From: Bacteroidales bacterium
GTDB taxonomy: Bacteria > Bacteroidota > Bacteroidia > Bacteroidales > F082
Assembly (NCBI GenBank): GCA_017394865.1
Contig: JAFPWT010000015.1
Location: 61,779-125,778 of the forward strand
Reading direction: 5' to 3'
Length of the DNA stretch: 64,000 nucleotides
Positions 19,684 through 29,131 of the stretch are shown here, piece after piece; position 1 is the stretch's first letter, and each line of letters opens with the position of its first letter. The notes below the pieces were generated by a model. The model saw nothing but the letters and a program-made list of their open reading frames with translations. It was not told where the DNA came from and did no database searches. Made by a program: the position numbers and the translations under genes.

Positions 19684-20983
19684 GGAACATACCGTTTTCA
19701 AAAACCAAATTGCCATTCACAAAGGTGTGCGTCACCTGGGCGTGAACCTTCAAGCCATCGTAGGGCGTCCAGCCGCATTTTGAGAGTTCCGTAGCGTTGG
19801 CAATCACCGACTGATGGTTCATATCCACCAAAGCCAAATCGGCAAAATAACCCTCACGCAGGAAACCACGGCGGTCGATGTGATACAAATCGGCTGGGTT
19901 ATGGCACATCCACTGCACCAGCTGAGGCAGTTCAAAACCGCACTCCACCATCACCTGCAGGGAATGCTGGATGGATGGAAAACCGGATTTTGAAGTGAAA
20001 TAATCATCGGTCATTTTCTCATTGAGCAGATGCGGCGCATGGTCGGTGCCAATGGTGTCAATGCGACCCTCGCGAAGGGCTTGCAGCAAGGCTTCTCTGT
20101 CGCGATGCGACTTGATGGCAGGATTGCACTTGATGGCATAGCTCTTCTCCTCATAATTTCGGTTATCAAACCAGAGATAATGCGGACAGGTCTCGGCAGT
20201 GATCCTTTTCTGTTTCATAGGGAGGTCGTTTCTGAATAGCGACAATTCCCTCTGGGTGGAGATATGCATCACATGCAGCCTGGCGCCGAATTTCTCGGCC
20301 ATGTCAACGGCTTTGGACGACGATCTATAACAAGCTTCAGCGGTGCGGACGAAAGGATGGATGCTGGCATCAACGATGACTTGATCCTTCGAAGCCAAGT
20401 CCTTACAGCATACCGTGTTCTCATGAATGGTCTGCTCATCCTCGCAATGCGCTGCAATAAGGCATGGCGACTCGCGGAACAAGCGCACCAGCACCTCATT
20501 TTTGTCGACCAGCATATTGCCTGTGCTGGAACCCATGAAGAGTTTGATGCCGCAAACCCGCTTGGGATCAGTCTTTTTTACCTCTTCAAGGTTGTCGTTG
20601 GTAGCACCTATATAAAAGGAATAGTTGGCCAAAGATTTCTGGGCGGCCAAGTCGAACTTCTGCTCCAGAAGCTCTTGTGTAGTCGTCTGCGGAACGGTGT
20701 TGGGCATGTCCATGAACGAAGTCACGCCACCGGCCACGGCAGCACGGCTCTCGGTATAGATATCGGCTTTATGCGTCAGCCCAGGCTCACGGAAATGCAC
20801 ATGTTCATCAATGATACCTGGGATCAGGTATTTGCCAGTGGCATCAATCACGGTGGCGGAACCGAAGTCAAACGGTTCGTCTTCACGAACGATTTTGGCG
20901 ATCTTGCCATCAGAAACAAAGACACTTGCCACAAAGGTTTTACCCTCGTTGACAAGTGTCGCATTTTTAATAAAATAATTCAT
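19646..20983 (-). CDS. dihydroorotase-type cyclic amidohydrolase
   Basis: GIIDEHVHFREPG metal-binding motif; 445 aa; DHOase/allantoinase architecture. It could be pyrC or the inactive paralogue. Confidence 0.75.
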   Translation of the reverse strand: MNYFIKNATLVNEGKTFVASVFVSDGKIAKIVREDEPFDFGSATVIDATGKYLIPGIIDEHVHFREPGLTHKADIYTESRAAVAGGVTSFMDMPNTVPQTTTQELLEQKFDLAAQKSLANYSFYIGATNDNLEEVKKTDPKRVCGIKLFMGSSTGNMLVDKNEVLVRLFRESPCLIAAHCEDEQTIHENTVCCKDLASKDQVIVDASIHPFVRTAEACYRSSSKAVDMAEKFGARLHVMHISTQRELSLFRNDLPMKQKRITAETCPHYLWFDNRNYEEKSYAIKCNPAIKSHRDREALLQALREGRIDTIGTDHAPHLLNEKMTDDYFTSKSGFPSIQHSLQVMVECGFELPQLVQWMCHNPADLYHIDRRGFLREGYFADLALVDMNHQSVIANATELSKCGWTPYDGLKVHAQVTHTFVNGNLVFENGMFHEEHRGERLLFS

Positions 20984-20986
20984 TGT

Positions 20987-21724
20987 TTAAACCTTACGGG
21001 GCTTGATTTTTCCGAACATACCTCTTAAACGCAGGTTGATCACGCCGAACACGGCTTCACGGAAGATGCCTTTGCTCATCTTCGACTGGCCTTCACGACG
21101 ATCGGTGAAGATAATTGAGACCTCTTCGATCTTGAATCCGAGTTTCCACGCGGTGTATTTCATCTCGATCTGGAAGGCATAACCCACAAACTTCACCCGA
21201 TCAAAGTCAATGGTCTCCAGTACTTTTCGGGTGTAGCAAACGAAACCTGCCGTGGTGTCACGCACTTTGATGCGTGTAATGAAACGCACGTAGGCTGAAG
21301 CATAGTACGACATCAGCACACGACCCATAGGCCAGTTCACCACGTTGACGCCCGTCTTATAGCGTGAACCCACTGAGAGGTCGGCTCCGTTAGCGCAGGC
21401 ATCGTGAAGTCGAATCAGATCGTCGGGGTTATGCGAGAAGTCGGCGTCCATCTCAAAGACGTACTGGTAGTCGCGTTCCAAGGCCCATTTGAAGCCTGTG
21501 ATGTAGGCCGTACCCAGCCCAAGTTTACCGGGCCGTTCGAGGATAAACAACTTGTCAGAGAACTCCGTCATCAGGCCTTTCACGATATCCGCAGTACCAT
21601 CGGGACTGTTGTCGTCGATGATGAGGATGTCGAAAGCCATCGGCAGGTTGAAGACATAACGGATGATCTTCTCGATGTTCTCTTTCTCCTTGTAAGTCGG
21701 TATGATGACTAAGTTCTCTGACAT
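20987..21724 (-). CDS. GT2 polyprenol-phosphate mannosyltransferase (Dpm1-like)
   Basis: IIPTYKEKENI, DDNSPDGT and DADFSH motifs. Confidence 0.8.
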   Translation of the reverse strand: MSENLVIIPTYKEKENIEKIIRYVFNLPMAFDILIIDDNSPDGTADIVKGLMTEFSDKLFILERPGKLGLGTAYITGFKWALERDYQYVFEMDADFSHNPDDLIRLHDACANGADLSVGSRYKTGVNVVNWPMGRVLMSYYASAYVRFITRIKVRDTTAGFVCYTRKVLETIDFDRVKFVGYAFQIEMKYTAWKLGFKIEEVSIIFTDRREGQSKMSKGIFREAVFGVINLRLRGMFGKIKPRKV

Positions 21725-21737
21725 TGTTTAAAAAAGT

Positions 21738-24437
21738 TTATTCAACCACAAAATTCTTCACTTCCCAAGTGGCAGAGCCGTTGGGGGTGCTGGTGTACTT
21801 GAAAGCGATGGTCACTCTCTGACCAGCATATGGGGTCAGGTCGGCCGTTGAACTGACAAAGGTCCAGTTGTTACCTGCCGGCCATGCGCTGAGCTGCAGC
21901 TCTTCCCATTCGATGCCGTCGATGGTGTCGACGTATTCAGTGGTGATCATCACTGACAGGGCACCTTGAGGTTGGGCGTAGTTGACAGCTTGGTCGAATT
22001 TCAGCGTGGCAGTGTTGACGTTGGCGAGGTCGATGTAGGGCGACACCAGCCAGCTCTCGGTCTCGTAGGCTTGTCCCACGTAAGCACTGGCTTTCATGCA
22101 GGAGTAGTCTGGAGAATGAGCCCAAACGTAGGTCAGCTCTTGAGGCAACAGGACATCTTCGATGACGAAGTCACCTTGACCGCTAGCGAAGCTCTCCGAG
22201 AAGATGCTTTGGGTGGGGGTTGGCGGTTCAGCGCCTTCGAGGCTGAAGTCGTTCTCGGTGCCGTTGCTGTCGCGGAGACCGGCTTGGCCGAAATAGGTAC
22301 GGAGCTTGCCTCTCACTGACAGCATCTTACCCAGGTTAGACGGGTTGTCCACCAAGTTCACTTGCGCACGCAGCGGCTTGCCAGCGGGAAGGTTCACGAT
22401 GACGCAGAGGCTGACATCGTTGCAGGTGGGATCATCGGCGATGACCACGTTGGTGGGGCTGTCGAAGGAGCCGCTCCAGATGATGTCGTCGTTGCTGCTC
22501 ACCGCGGAGGTACCGTTCTTCACTGCGCCCACGATGTAGCCGTGCACCCAGACGTTTTCTTGACCTTGGTTGACGATGCCGGCTGCCACGTTATATGGGT
22601 CTTCGGCGGTGCCAGTACCTTCGGGATTGCCAGGAGTCGGAGTCGGGCCTGGCGTCACGCCGCTGCCTTCTTCGATAGTGATGCTTTGGATCTCAATCGT
22701 ACCGGCTTTTTGATCGGTGGAGGTGTATTTCACGGCGAAGATGACCGTCTGGCCCACATAGTCGGTCAAGCTGATCTCAGTTGTCAGGAAGTCGTTCCAG
22801 TTGGTACCTTCACGCAGGAGCGAAGGCACCTGTGCCCAATTACCTGTCGAAGGCTCGTTGCCGTAGACATAGTCGGTGGAGGCCCAGATGGTGACTTCAT
22901 CATTGACATCAGTGAAGTAACGGGCAATGTACACCATCGTCATCTTAGCGTCGTTCACGCCGGTGATGGCCACAGGTGAAGAGATCAGCCAGTCCTCATT
23001 GGCATAGTAGGCACCACCCACATAGCCCGTCATCTTGGCGGTGCTGTAGTCGATCATCCACGACTGGGGACCCATTACGTCTTTGGTAGTGTAGGTGCCG
23101 AACTCTGTGGCAAACGACTGGAAGTAAGGCATGGACTGCACCTCACCGCTGGGTTGCGGGTTAGGCGGAGTGGAACCACCTTCGGTGAAGGAGATGCTTT
23201 GGATCTCCATGGTGCCGGCCTTGGCGTCGGTGGAGGTGTACTTCACTGCGATGGTGACACTCGGACCAGTGATCGGCTGACCGGTGACATCAACCAGGTT
23301 GATCTCGGCAGTCAGGAAGTCAGTCCAGTTGCTGCCCTCGCTCAAACGGGCGGGAATCTGAGTCCAGTTAGCCTCGCTGGGGTTATTACCATAGGTATAG
23401 TCAGTGGAGGCCCACACGGTGACTTCTTCATTGATGTTGCTGAAGTAACGGCCAATATAGCTCATGGTCATGGTGGCTCCTCTCGTTTCTGAGAGATTCA
23501 CGGGCGATGAGATCAGCCAGTCTTCGTTGGCGTAATAGGTGCTGTTGACGAAGCCCGTCATCTTGGCGGTGCTGTAGTCGATCATCCATGACTGGTCGCC
23601 CAACACGTCATAAGTGGTATAAGTGCCGAAGTCTGAGGCAAAGCTTTGGAAGTAAGGCAGCTGCTGCACTTCGCCAGCTGGCGCAGGAGGATTAATAGGC
23701 TCGCCACCTTCGAAATTCAACTCATTCTTCGAACGGATGATGAGCTGCCAGTCGTTGTTATAGACCGAAGCGATGGCCACCAGGCTACCTGAGCCCGTCG
23801 GCAGAGGATCATAAGCGAAATTGGCATAGTTGCTCGTACGCACCAGCAGTTCGCCAGTGGCGTCTTTCAAGGTACGGTTGGTGTTCTCACCCATGTTGCA
23901 GAAGTTGGCGCCTTGATCCACAAACTGCACGCCTTCAAGTTTCACCAGACCAGCGGTATAATTACCCGTCTTGATGTCGGCGATGGTTACCGTAGCCGGC
24001 TCGATGGGCTTATTGTAAGGATAGATGATCAGATGGCCATCGGGGTTGAAGCCCTTGCCGTCCTTACCCACCAGCTGAGGTAGGTTGTGATAGTTGTTGA
24101 CCATCATGTTTTTATCCAAGAACACACGGACGGAGTCGCCGATACGGGCGGCTGAAGAAGTGTTCATCAGCAGCTCGATGGCCTTGCCTGTACGACGATC
24201 CTGGATAAAGATGGTCTTGTAGAGGTTACCCGACTGTTCGTCGGCGGTGACGATACCGTAGACCGAAGCCGTGTCGAAGGTGGTGTTGGCGGGCATAGCC
24301 AGCAGGTCACCGATGGTGTAGACGTCGCCTACCGGCAACACCGGGATTGGCGGAATTTCATACTCTTTCTTGCATGACGTGAAGAGAGCGCCGAACAAGG
24401 CAAGAAGAATAAAACTGGTTTTGAATAATTTTTTCAT
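21738..24437 (-). CDS. large surface lipoprotein with an OB-like N-terminal region, three choice-of-anchor-J-like repeats and a DUF6359-like domain (putative nucleic-acid-binding partner of the adjacent TonB-dependent receptor)
   Basis: Lipobox LFGALFTSC. Three copies of a module containing YFQSFA..FGTYTT...NEDWLISSPV (the third copy is diverged: ESFASGQGDF...ETESWLVSPYIDL). The family assignment is from memory of DUF5689/DUF6359 proteins. Confidence 0.6.
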   Translation of the reverse strand: MKKLFKTSFILLALFGALFTSCKKEYEIPPIPVLPVGDVYTIGDLLAMPANTTFDTASVYGIVTADEQSGNLYKTIFIQDRRTGKAIELLMNTSSAARIGDSVRVFLDKNMMVNNYHNLPQLVGKDGKGFNPDGHLIIYPYNKPIEPATVTIADIKTGNYTAGLVKLEGVQFVDQGANFCNMGENTNRTLKDATGELLVRTSNYANFAYDPLPTGSGSLVAIASVYNNDWQLIIRSKNELNFEGGEPINPPAPAGEVQQLPYFQSFASDFGTYTTYDVLGDQSWMIDYSTAKMTGFVNSTYYANEDWLISSPVNLSETRGATMTMSYIGRYFSNINEEVTVWASTDYTYGNNPSEANWTQIPARLSEGSNWTDFLTAEINLVDVTGQPITGPSVTIAVKYTSTDAKAGTMEIQSISFTEGGSTPPNPQPSGEVQSMPYFQSFATEFGTYTTKDVMGPQSWMIDYSTAKMTGYVGGAYYANEDWLISSPVAITGVNDAKMTMVYIARYFTDVNDEVTIWASTDYVYGNEPSTGNWAQVPSLLREGTNWNDFLTTEISLTDYVGQTVIFAVKYTSTDQKAGTIEIQSITIEEGSGVTPGPTPTPGNPEGTGTAEDPYNVAAGIVNQGQENVWVHGYIVGAVKNGTSAVSSNDDIIWSGSFDSPTNVVIADDPTCNDVSLCVIVNLPAGKPLRAQVNLVDNPSNLGKMLSVRGKLRTYFGQAGLRDSNGTENDFSLEGAEPPTPTQSIFSESFASGQGDFVIEDVLLPQELTYVWAHSPDYSCMKASAYVGQAYETESWLVSPYIDLANVNTATLKFDQAVNYAQPQGALSVMITTEYVDTIDGIEWEELQLSAWPAGNNWTFVSSTADLTPYAGQRVTIAFKYTSTPNGSATWEVKNFVVE
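22638..23675 (-). repeat. intragenic tandem duplication (2 x about 520 nt) inside the 899-aa lipoprotein gene
   Basis: Residues 255-430 and 431-600 align almost colinearly (GEVQQLPYFQSFASDFGTYTT... versus GEVQSMPYFQSFATEFGTYTT...). Stretches such as gtcatcttggcggtgctgtagtcgatcatcca occur in both copies. Confidence 0.85.
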
Positions 24438-24452
24438 ATGATTGTATATTAT

Positions 24453-24480
24453 CTCTAATTTCTAAATTCTAAATTACTTT
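24453..24480 (-). repeat. heptamer tandem array (minus strand: AAAGTAA TTTAGAA TTTAGAA ATTAGAG)
   Basis: Read directly. It starts at the TonB-dependent receptor stop codon and ends about 15 nt before the lipoprotein ATG. TAA/TAG codons fall in all three frames. Confidence 0.7.
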
Positions 24481-27074
24481 CTCACTGTCAGGTTCAAGAA
24501 GAAGTTGGTTCCGTACATATAAGAGTACTTCGACGGGAACATGTCGGGATCGCTGGCATTGAAGCGCAACTGGTCATACCCATAGAGCACTGCGCTCTTG
24601 TTGTTGAGGATATTGTTGACGCTTGCGGTAAACAGGAAGTAGTAACCCTTGTAGCGACGTGAATAGCCTCCGAAGAAGTCGAGTGTGAAAGCTGAGCTCA
24701 GCGGATCCTGGCGCAGCACCTCTTCGATACGGCCGTCACCCTCGGCGTAGTGCGACATGCCGACTTCGGTGTGGTTGTAAGGGTTGATGTCGAAATACAT
24801 ATTGGCCAGGTAGTTGGCGTTGAGGCTCACCCACCAGTTCTTGGGATCGTTGTAACGGATACCCAGCGAACCGACGGTCTCGGGACCTGTGGAGATGTGA
24901 TAGTTTTTCAGGTAAGCCGTATTCTTGTCGACATAGCATTCAGCGTTGTTATCGTCGTAGATGGAGAACACCGGGTTGTTCAGGTAAGTAAGGATACCGT
25001 TGGCAGCAGCAGCTTGCAGCGTGATGGTGTTTGTCACATGGTATTCAGCTCCCACTTCCAGACCCACGCTCCTCTGGTTGATGTCGGTCATCACGAAGTT
25101 GATGAACTCACTCTTATAGGAGTTACCCAACTCGGAAGCGCCAGTGTAGACGTTCTCGCAATAGAAGCTACGGTTCCAGATGAGGTTCTGGTAGGTGTAG
25201 TAGTAACCCGTCAGGCGGAAGCGGAAGATGGGTGAACGGTATTGGTAACCGAGGTCGAAGGCTTTGATGCGTTCGCTTCCGGGATCATCTGACACGAGCG
25301 TGTGACGGGTACGGGGCGAAACATAGATGTCTCTGAATTGCGGTGCCTGGAACATATAGGCCATGTTGGCCACGATGTGGTTACGTCCGTTGATGGCGTA
25401 AGTGACACCTGCTTTGACGGCCGGATCAAAGAAGTTGTGCTTTGCATCGGAACCGAAAGACAGTTCGTCGGGGAAAGCACCGTTGTTGAACAGACCCTCG
25501 CGCCAAATCTGGGTAAAGGAGAACTGGAGGCCGAGGTACATGTCCCAGTTGCCCGTCAGATAGTCGACCTGACCCCAGAGGCGGCCGTAGTTGCGGTTGG
25601 CATTGTAGTTATAGTTAATGATGTCGCCCACCTTGGCGATGTGGTTAGGGTTGTTGAGGTCGACCTGACACTCATCCGATTCCATGTTCTCGGCGTACTT
25701 GTTGATGTCATAGTAGAATTCGCCGCCCAGCAGGTCGTTGACCATTTCGTAATAGTGGGTGCACGACACATTGATGGCAAGACCGCCTGCCATATACAGG
25801 TTAGGCATGAACTCGTGTTTGAAGTAGGTAGCGCCACCCGTCTGCATCTTGTCGTAATGGCGTTCGGCCACGATATATTTGGAGGCGAGGCCTGCGACGG
25901 TATTGCCTTCGATGCCGTTGGCGTTATAGATAGTGGCGTTGTGATTCATGTTGGCGAGGTAGAGGCCGTCCCAGTCGATCTGTGTCTCTTTGGGATCGCG
26001 GTCCTTCCAGCTCTGGAGGGCAGCCTCGTATTCAGCCGTGCTGGTGGCGTGATTCATAAGGTAGCCAGGCAGGTTCTTGTAGTAGTCGGGACGCGGGTCG
26101 TAGGCTTCACCCCATTCCAGGGCGGTCTGTCCACCAGGACCGGCGAAGTAGAATGCCGTGGTGACGAGCTGTGTCTTCGGGCTGGGGGTCCAGCTCCAGG
26201 TCAGTTGCGTCATCGGTTGGTGGTAATAGCTGACACGCGAGTTGCGAATGGTCTGGGTGCCGTCGGGCAGGGTCTGATAGCCCCAGCTGGGGTTGTAGTA
26301 GTTGGTTCCCACAAGGTCGTAGGCTTCCTGCACCACGGGAGATGAACCGCCACGTTGCGAGGGAGCGCCGAAGAAGGTGAAGTCGAGGCTGTGCTTGTCG
26401 TTGAACTTCTTCTCCACGGAGAGGAAGTAGCTTGCTGCCTCATAGAAGGTACCTTCGGTACGCTCGAAATACGCTCCCGGCTTGTTCATGTCCTTCATGC
26501 CGGAATAACGGAGACAGCCCATGGCCATGATGTACCAGCCCTTGCCGATCTCGCCAGTGCCAATAGATGCATTGAGGCGGTGGTCGTAGGAACGGTTGGA
26601 AAAGGCATAGCCCACGGAAACCTGCTTACGGTACTGCGAAGCTTTTGTAGAGAAAGCGGTGAGGCCGCCGAGGCCGCCGAAGCCAGCGTCGGTACGACCG
26701 AGGCCCTCCACGAGAACCGAGTTACGGAAAGCGTCGTTGAGGCCGCCCCAGTTGGAGAACACCGGGCGTCCCGTCTCCGGGTCGTTCATCAAGATGCCGT
26801 TGATCATCACGTCAGTGTACTTCGAATCGTTGCCACGCACACGGTAGCGCAGCGAGCCCAGGTTGTAAGCAGCGATGGCATTGAACACGTCGCGTGATGA
26901 GTGCAGCAGCGTGGAGGCGTCGTTCACCGAGGTCGACGACTCGTCGAAGTCGGAGTCCGACAACACGATCGTCGGGACCTCCTGCTCCTGATAGGCCATC
27001 GTGTCAACGACGACCTGTGCTGATAGCCGCGCTGTCAACAACACGGCCATAATAAATAATAATAATTTCTTCAT
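24474..27074 (-). CDS. TonB-dependent outer-membrane receptor
   Basis: Signal peptide, plug-like region (VMINGILMNDPETGRPVFSNWGGLND), an 866-aa beta-barrel pattern and an aromatic C-terminus. Confidence 0.8.
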   Translation of the reverse strand: MKKLLLFIMAVLLTARLSAQVVVDTMAYQEQEVPTIVLSDSDFDESSTSVNDASTLLHSSRDVFNAIAAYNLGSLRYRVRGNDSKYTDVMINGILMNDPETGRPVFSNWGGLNDAFRNSVLVEGLGRTDAGFGGLGGLTAFSTKASQYRKQVSVGYAFSNRSYDHRLNASIGTGEIGKGWYIMAMGCLRYSGMKDMNKPGAYFERTEGTFYEAASYFLSVEKKFNDKHSLDFTFFGAPSQRGGSSPVVQEAYDLVGTNYYNPSWGYQTLPDGTQTIRNSRVSYYHQPMTQLTWSWTPSPKTQLVTTAFYFAGPGGQTALEWGEAYDPRPDYYKNLPGYLMNHATSTAEYEAALQSWKDRDPKETQIDWDGLYLANMNHNATIYNANGIEGNTVAGLASKYIVAERHYDKMQTGGATYFKHEFMPNLYMAGGLAINVSCTHYYEMVNDLLGGEFYYDINKYAENMESDECQVDLNNPNHIAKVGDIINYNYNANRNYGRLWGQVDYLTGNWDMYLGLQFSFTQIWREGLFNNGAFPDELSFGSDAKHNFFDPAVKAGVTYAINGRNHIVANMAYMFQAPQFRDIYVSPRTRHTLVSDDPGSERIKAFDLGYQYRSPIFRFRLTGYYYTYQNLIWNRSFYCENVYTGASELGNSYKSEFINFVMTDINQRSVGLEVGAEYHVTNTITLQAAAANGILTYLNNPVFSIYDDNNAECYVDKNTAYLKNYHISTGPETVGSLGIRYNDPKNWWVSLNANYLANMYFDINPYNHTEVGMSHYAEGDGRIEEVLRQDPLSSAFTLDFFGGYSRRYKGYYFLFTASVNNILNNKSAVLYGYDQLRFNASDPDMFPSKYSYMYGTNFFLNLTVRK

Positions 27075-27158
27075 CTTTATAGATTTCGTTTATACTTATA
27101 TTTCTAATATCTATTTTGCAAAAATAAAAAAAAACGGAATGAGATTCACATTAATTAT

Positions 27159-27166
27159 TATTTTTG
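27159..27166 (+). promoter_or_regulatory. -7 promoter box (TATTTTTG)
   Basis: TAnnTTTG match 22 nt upstream of the ATG at 27188. Confidence 0.45.
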
Positions 27167-27187
27167 CAGTTACAAAAACATCTCTCT

Positions 27188-28237
27188 ATGAAAAAAACAG
27201 CCTTATCTTCCATCCTGATACTCCTTTGCTGTCTGTCTTTGGGCCGTTTAAACGCCCAGGAGAAGCAAGCTTACAAAATCGGCCTTGTCGGCTTTTACAA
27301 CATGGAGAATCTCTTCGACACCATCGACGACCCCACCATCAACGACCAGGAGTTCCTGCCTGATGGTGTCAACCAGTGGAACACTGAGAAATACATGATC
27401 AAGTTGCACAACATGGCGTACGCCATCTCCACCATTGGGACGGACTACACTCCCGATGGAGTGGCAGTGCTGGGCTTGTCGGAGATCGAGAACCGCCACG
27501 TGATCGAGGATCTGGTGGCGCAGCCCGAGATTGCCAACCGCAACTATCAGATTGTGCATTACGACTCGCCCGACCGTCGTGGCGTTGACGTGGCCTTGAT
27601 CTACAACCCGAAATATCTGAAGGTGACCGGCACCAAGTCGTATCGTACCGTGGTGCCCGACCAGCCCGATTTTATCACACGTGACCAGCTGCTGGTGTCG
27701 GGTCTCTTCGACGGAGAGCCGATGCACTTCATCGTGATGCACTGGCCTTCGCGTTATGGTGGCGAGAAGCGTTCATTGCCCGGACGTATCGCGGCAGCCG
27801 AGTTGTGCCGTCACATCACCGACTCGCTGCTGGCCGACGATCCCAACGCCAAAGTGATCATGATGGGTGACTACAACGACTACCCCACCAACAAGAGCAT
27901 CACCAAGTACCTTCGCGCCAACGGCGACCGCAAACGCATGAAGGAAGGCGAGTATTTCAACCCTATGTATGAGCTGCATGAGAACGGCATCGGCACCAAC
28001 TATTTCCGCGATGTCCCCGGTGTCCTCGACCAGACCATCCTCACTCCTGCCCTATTGCCTGGCGATTACAGCACCTATCAGTACAAGAACGCCAAGGTTC
28101 ACAACAAGGAGTTCCTGAAGCAGCACGGCGGTCGTTACAACGGTTTCCCCTTCCGTACTTTCGCCGGTGGCGTCTGGGCTGGAGGGTACAGCGACCACTT
28201 CCCGGTATATGTGATTCTTTTGAAGAAGGTAAATTAA
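27188..28237 (+). CDS. secreted endonuclease/exonuclease/phosphatase (EEP) family protein
   Basis: Signal peptide MKKTALSSILILLCCLSLGRLNAQ, N-terminal YNMENLFD and C-terminal YSDHFPVY motifs. I trimmed the start from 27164. Confidence 0.8.
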   Translation: MKKTALSSILILLCCLSLGRLNAQEKQAYKIGLVGFYNMENLFDTIDDPTINDQEFLPDGVNQWNTEKYMIKLHNMAYAISTIGTDYTPDGVAVLGLSEIENRHVIEDLVAQPEIANRNYQIVHYDSPDRRGVDVALIYNPKYLKVTGTKSYRTVVPDQPDFITRDQLLVSGLFDGEPMHFIVMHWPSRYGGEKRSLPGRIAAAELCRHITDSLLADDPNAKVIMMGDYNDYPTNKSITKYLRANGDRKRMKEGEYFNPMYELHENGIGTNYFRDVPGVLDQTILTPALLPGDYSTYQYKNAKVHNKEFLKQHGGRYNGFPFRTFAGGVWAGGYSDHFPVYVILLKKVN

Positions 28238-28280
28238 AGAAGACCGAAGTCTGAATAGCATAAAGGCGCCTCTTGTCGAG

Positions 28281-29084
28281 ATGAAGGAAAAGGGCAATAT
28301 GCATTTATTGGGTATGATCACAACTGGGGCACTCCTGGTTTCTTTATTGCTATGTAATTCTTGCCGCCTTCAACAGCTAAACAAATTCAACTATCAATTA
28401 TTGGAATTGCCGAATGGTGGTTCCGAAGGATTTTTGATTCAGCACTCTGCATACACTCTTTCATATAACCCCTCAAACCTTACCGCCAATTGGGTTGCCT
28501 ACGAACTTACCAGCAATGAAACCGATGGCCCATGGTCGAGAAAAGGGTTGCGTTTTTTTCCTGACCCGTACTATAATGGGAAGCAAGCTGATAACGAAGA
28601 CTACCATAACTCAGGTTATTCACGCGGACATATGGCACCTGCTGCCGATATGAAATGGGATAGCCTCGCCATGGTAGAGAGCTTCTATTTCACCAACTGC
28701 ATACCACAGAATGCAGCCTTGAATAACGGTAAATGGAACCAATTGGAAGAGAAGACACGACGACTGGCTAGACAATACGGCAAAGTGTATGTCGTATGCG
28801 GTCCCATTTATCAAAGTTCTGATACGTTAAGAATCGGGCACAATGGCGTGGCTGTCCCAGATGCTTGCTTCAAAGCACTGCTAATTCAGAAAGACAAAGA
28901 TTATTCTGCTATTGCATTTGTTCTGCAAAACGGAGGAGAAGAAAGGCAATTGGATGAATGTGCCTGCACAATTGACGAATTGGAGCAAATACTATCTATT
29001 GACTTATTCTATAATTTACCTGACAAGCAAGAGAAAGCCATTGAATCTATTATTGTGTGGGACGATTGGGGCTTTCCACTTTAA
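28281..29084 (+). CDS. DNA/RNA non-specific endonuclease (NucA/Serratia type)
   Basis: YSRGHMAPAAD (DRGH) active-site motif plus NCIPQNAALNNGKWNQLE, with an N-terminal signal/lipobox. The exact start (28281, 28299 or 28314) is uncertain. Confidence 0.85.
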   Translation: MKEKGNMHLLGMITTGALLVSLLLCNSCRLQQLNKFNYQLLELPNGGSEGFLIQHSAYTLSYNPSNLTANWVAYELTSNETDGPWSRKGLRFFPDPYYNGKQADNEDYHNSGYSRGHMAPAADMKWDSLAMVESFYFTNCIPQNAALNNGKWNQLEEKTRRLARQYGKVYVVCGPIYQSSDTLRIGHNGVAVPDACFKALLIQKDKDYSAIAFVLQNGGEERQLDECACTIDELEQILSIDLFYNLPDKQEKAIESIIVWDDWGFPL

Positions 29085-29131
29085 CTCGCTCCGCTTAATA
29101 ATAATAAATACGTGAATGCGCGGGGGTGACC

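Noticed and set aside
25302-26345. Long antisense ORFs inside recognised genes: 25302..26345 (347 aa), 36964..37902 (312 aa), 38291..39280 (329 aa), 39463..40362 (299 aa), 20264..21028, 7138..7860, 960..1724 and 17960..18577.
   Set aside because: Each lies wholly within a well-supported conserved gene on the opposite strand (TonB-dependent receptor, murF-alr, ackA, pta, dihydroorotase, beta-barrel, DUF58, der). Their V/G/D/H/A-rich translations are typical of the reverse frame of GC3-rich genes. None has a signal, motif or promoter box.
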